Shown here piece by piece: positions 61,209 to 64,000 of a stretch of DNA of 64,000 nucleotides. Numbering within the stretch: the first letter of the stretch is position 1; each line of letters starts with the position of its first letter. The notes under the pieces were generated by a model. It saw only the letters and a list, made by a program, of their open reading frames with translations, was not told where the DNA came from and did not search any database. The stretch is taken from the NCBI GenBank assembly GCA_965644265.1, contig OZ286466.1, positions 15,252,001 to 15,316,000 of the forward strand, read 5' to 3'. Both the position numbers and the translations under genes were made by a program. Origin of the DNA: Glycera tridactyla (Eukaryota).

Positions 61209-64000
61209 ACTGGAATTGGCCATGTTCCTACCAGCAAAGTGCCTTGTGATGTACAAATCTACCCATTTCGACAAGTTCTATGATAGTGACGGGCACAATA
61301 TTCACAAACAAGCTAGAACATGCCACCAGCATTATACATACCAATTTTGGGCTTGATTGATTGATAATGAGTAGTGGAATTTGCTGTGTTACAACTGGCG
61401 AGGGTAGGTGTGCCGAGCGTAACTCGATGTATTTCGATCCACTTCTTTGATAATGACGGGCACCATTTTTCTACCCAAGGTCACTCTTGCAACAAGCTTT
61501 ATACCTGCCAAATTTGAGCTTGATTGATTGATAATTAGTAGTGGAATTGGCCGTGTCACTACTGGCAAAATGCCTTGTCATGTAAAAATCTATCCATTTT
61601 GATAGGTTTTAAAATAGTGACGGGCACCATTTTCATAACCAAGATTATCCATCCACTCAGCAAGGTACATGTCAATTTTGGGCTTGATTGATTGATAATG
61701 AGTACTGAAATTGGCCATGTTCCTACCAGCAAAGTGCCTTGTGATGTACAAATCTACCCATCTCAACAAGTTCTATGATAGTGACGGGCACAATATTCAC
61801 AAACAAGCTAGAACATGCCACCAGCATTATACATACCAGTTTTGGGCTCGATTGATTGATAATGAGTAGTGGAATTTGCCGTGTTACAACTGGCGAGGGT
61901 AGGTGTGCCGAGCGTAACTCAATGTATTTCGATCCACTTCTTTGATAATGACGGGCACCATTTTTCTACCCAAGGTCACTCTTTCAACAAGCTTTATACC
62001 TGCCAAATTTGAGCTTGATTGATTGATAATTAGTAGTGAAATTGGCCGTGTCACTACTGGCAAAATGCCTTGTCATGTAAAGATCTGTCCATTTTGATAG
62101 GTTTTAAAATAGTGACGGGCACCATTTTCATAACCAAGATTATCAATCCACTCAGCAAGGTACATGTTAATTTTGGGCTTGATTGATTGATAATGAGTAC
62201 TGAAATTGGCCATATTCCTACCAGCAAAGGGCCTTGTCATGTACAAATCTACCCATCTCGACAAGTTCTATGATAGTGACGGGCACAATATTCACAAACA
62301 AGCTAGAACATGCCACCAGCATTATACATACCAATTTTGGGCTTGATTGATTGATAATGAGTAGTGGAATTTGCCGTGTTACAACTGGCGAGGGTAGGTG
62401 TGCCGAGCGTAACTCGATGTATTTCGATCCACTTCTTTGATAATGGCGGGCACCATTTTTCTACCCAAGGTCACTCTTGCAACAAGCTTTATACCTGCCA
62501 AATTTGAGCTTGATTGATTGATAATTAGTAGTGAAATTGGCCGTGTCACTACTGGCAAAATGCCTTGTCATGTAAAAATCTATCCATTTTGATAGGTTTT
62601 AAAATAGTGACGGGCACCATTTTCACAACCAAGATTATCAATCCACTCAGCAAGGTACATGTTGATTTTGGGCTTGATTGATTGATAATGAGTACTGAAA
62701 TTGGCCATGTTCCTACCAGCAAAGGGCCTTGTCATGTACAAATCTACCCATCTCGACAAGTTCTATGATAGTGACGGGCACAATATTCACAAACAAGCTA
62801 GAACATGCCACCAGCATTATACATACCAATTTTGGGCTTGATTGATTGATAATGAGTAGTGGAATTTGCCGTGTTACAACTGGCGAGGGTAGGTGTGCCG
62901 AGCGTAACTCGATGTATTTCGATCCACTTCTTTGATAATGGCGGGCACCATTTTTCTACCCAAGGTCACTCTTGCAACAAGCTTTATACCTGCCAAATTT
63001 GAGCTTGATTGATTGATAATTAGTAGTGGAATTGGCCGTGTCACTACTGGCAAAATGCTTTGTCATGTGGAAATCTATCCATTTTGATAGGTTTTAAAAT
63101 AGTGACGGGCACCATTTTCATAACCAAGATTATCAATCCACTCAGCAAGGTACATGTTAATTTTGGGCTTGATTGATTGATAATGAGTACTGAAATTGGC
63201 CATGTTCCTACCAGCAAAGGGCCTTGTCATGTACAAATCTACCCATCTCGACAAGTTCTATGATAGTGACGGGCACAATATTCACAAACAAGCTAGAACA
63301 TGCCACCAGCATTATACATACCAATTTTGGGCTTGATTGATTGATAATGAGTAGTGGAATTTGCCGTGTTACAACTGGCGAGGGTAGGTGTGCCGAGCGT
63401 AACTCGATGTGTTTTGATCCACTTCTTTGATAATGACGGGCACCATTTTTCTACCCAAGGTAACTCTTGCAACAAGCTTTATACCTGCCAGATTTGAGCT
63501 TGATTGATTGATAATTAGTAGTGGAATTGGCCGTGTCACTACTGGCAAAATGCTTTGTCATGTGGAAATCTATCCATTTTGATAGGTTTTAAAATAGTGA
63601 CGGGCACCATTTTCATAACCAAGATTATCCATTCACTCAGCAAGGAGCATGTCAATTTCGGGCTTGATTGATTGATAATGAGTACTGGAATTGGCCATGT
63701 TCCTACCAGCAAAGTGCCTTGTGATGTACAAATCTACCCATCTCGACAAGTTCTATGATAGTGACGGGCACAATATTCACAAACAAGCTAGAACATGCCA
63801 CCAGCATTATACATACCAATTTTGGGCTTGATTGATTGATAATGAGTAGTGGAATTTGCCGTGTTATAACTGGCGAGGGTAGGTGTGCCGAGCGTAACTC
63901 GATGTATTTCGATCCACTTCTTTGATAATGACGGGCACCATTTTTCTATCCAAGGTCACCCTTGTAACGAGCTTTATACCTGCCAATTTTGAGCTTGATT
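61206..64000. repeat. Higher-order satellite: 495-bp trimer of 167+164+164-bp monomers, about 5.6 HOR copies, continuing beyond the window
   Basis: Anchor GCTTGATTGATTGATAAT at 61351, 61518, 61682, 61846 and onward. Exact 495-bp period at 61351, 61846, 62341, 62836, 63331, 63826. HOR copies are nearly identical while the three monomer types are clearly diverged but share TGACGGGCAC. Confidence 0.97.

Noticed and set aside
54255-61220. Target-site duplication for the LINE
   Set aside because: The 3' flank (TTCTGTGGATTGAATAT) does not recur at the 5' junction; none can be supported within the window.

Overview
This is eukaryotic (animal, probably invertebrate) genomic DNA: repeat-rich, with 11 N-runs, many microsatellites and no confidently identifiable host gene. 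There is no operon, CRISPR array, tRNA or rRNA. Main contents: (1) a 4.25-kb hAT-superfamily (hATm-like) DNA transposon at 15827-20077 with ~220-bp TIRs, a perfect 8-bp TSD, and a six-exon, stop-free transposase whose splice phases all match; (2) a near full-length but frameshifted RTEX-like LINE on the minus strand at 54273-61205, with a coiled-coil plus SGNH-esterase ORF1, an EN-RT-CCHC ORF2 and an (ATTTGA)n tail. It is interrupted by a 755-bp TA-target MITE carrying two perfect RFX X-boxes; (3) a higher-order satellite (495-bp trimer of ~165-bp monomers) joined directly to the tandemly repeated 5' end of that LINE and running off the window; (4) minisatellites of 29, 42 and 50 bp, two of them built from hairpin units; (5) a family of small pogo/Tc1-like MITEs and several heavily decayed retroelement fragments; (6) a CpG-rich segment with seven perfect CRE palindromes. 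Family assignments rest on recalled motifs, not database searches. Most ORFs in the supplied track are spurious products of simple repeats or N-runs.
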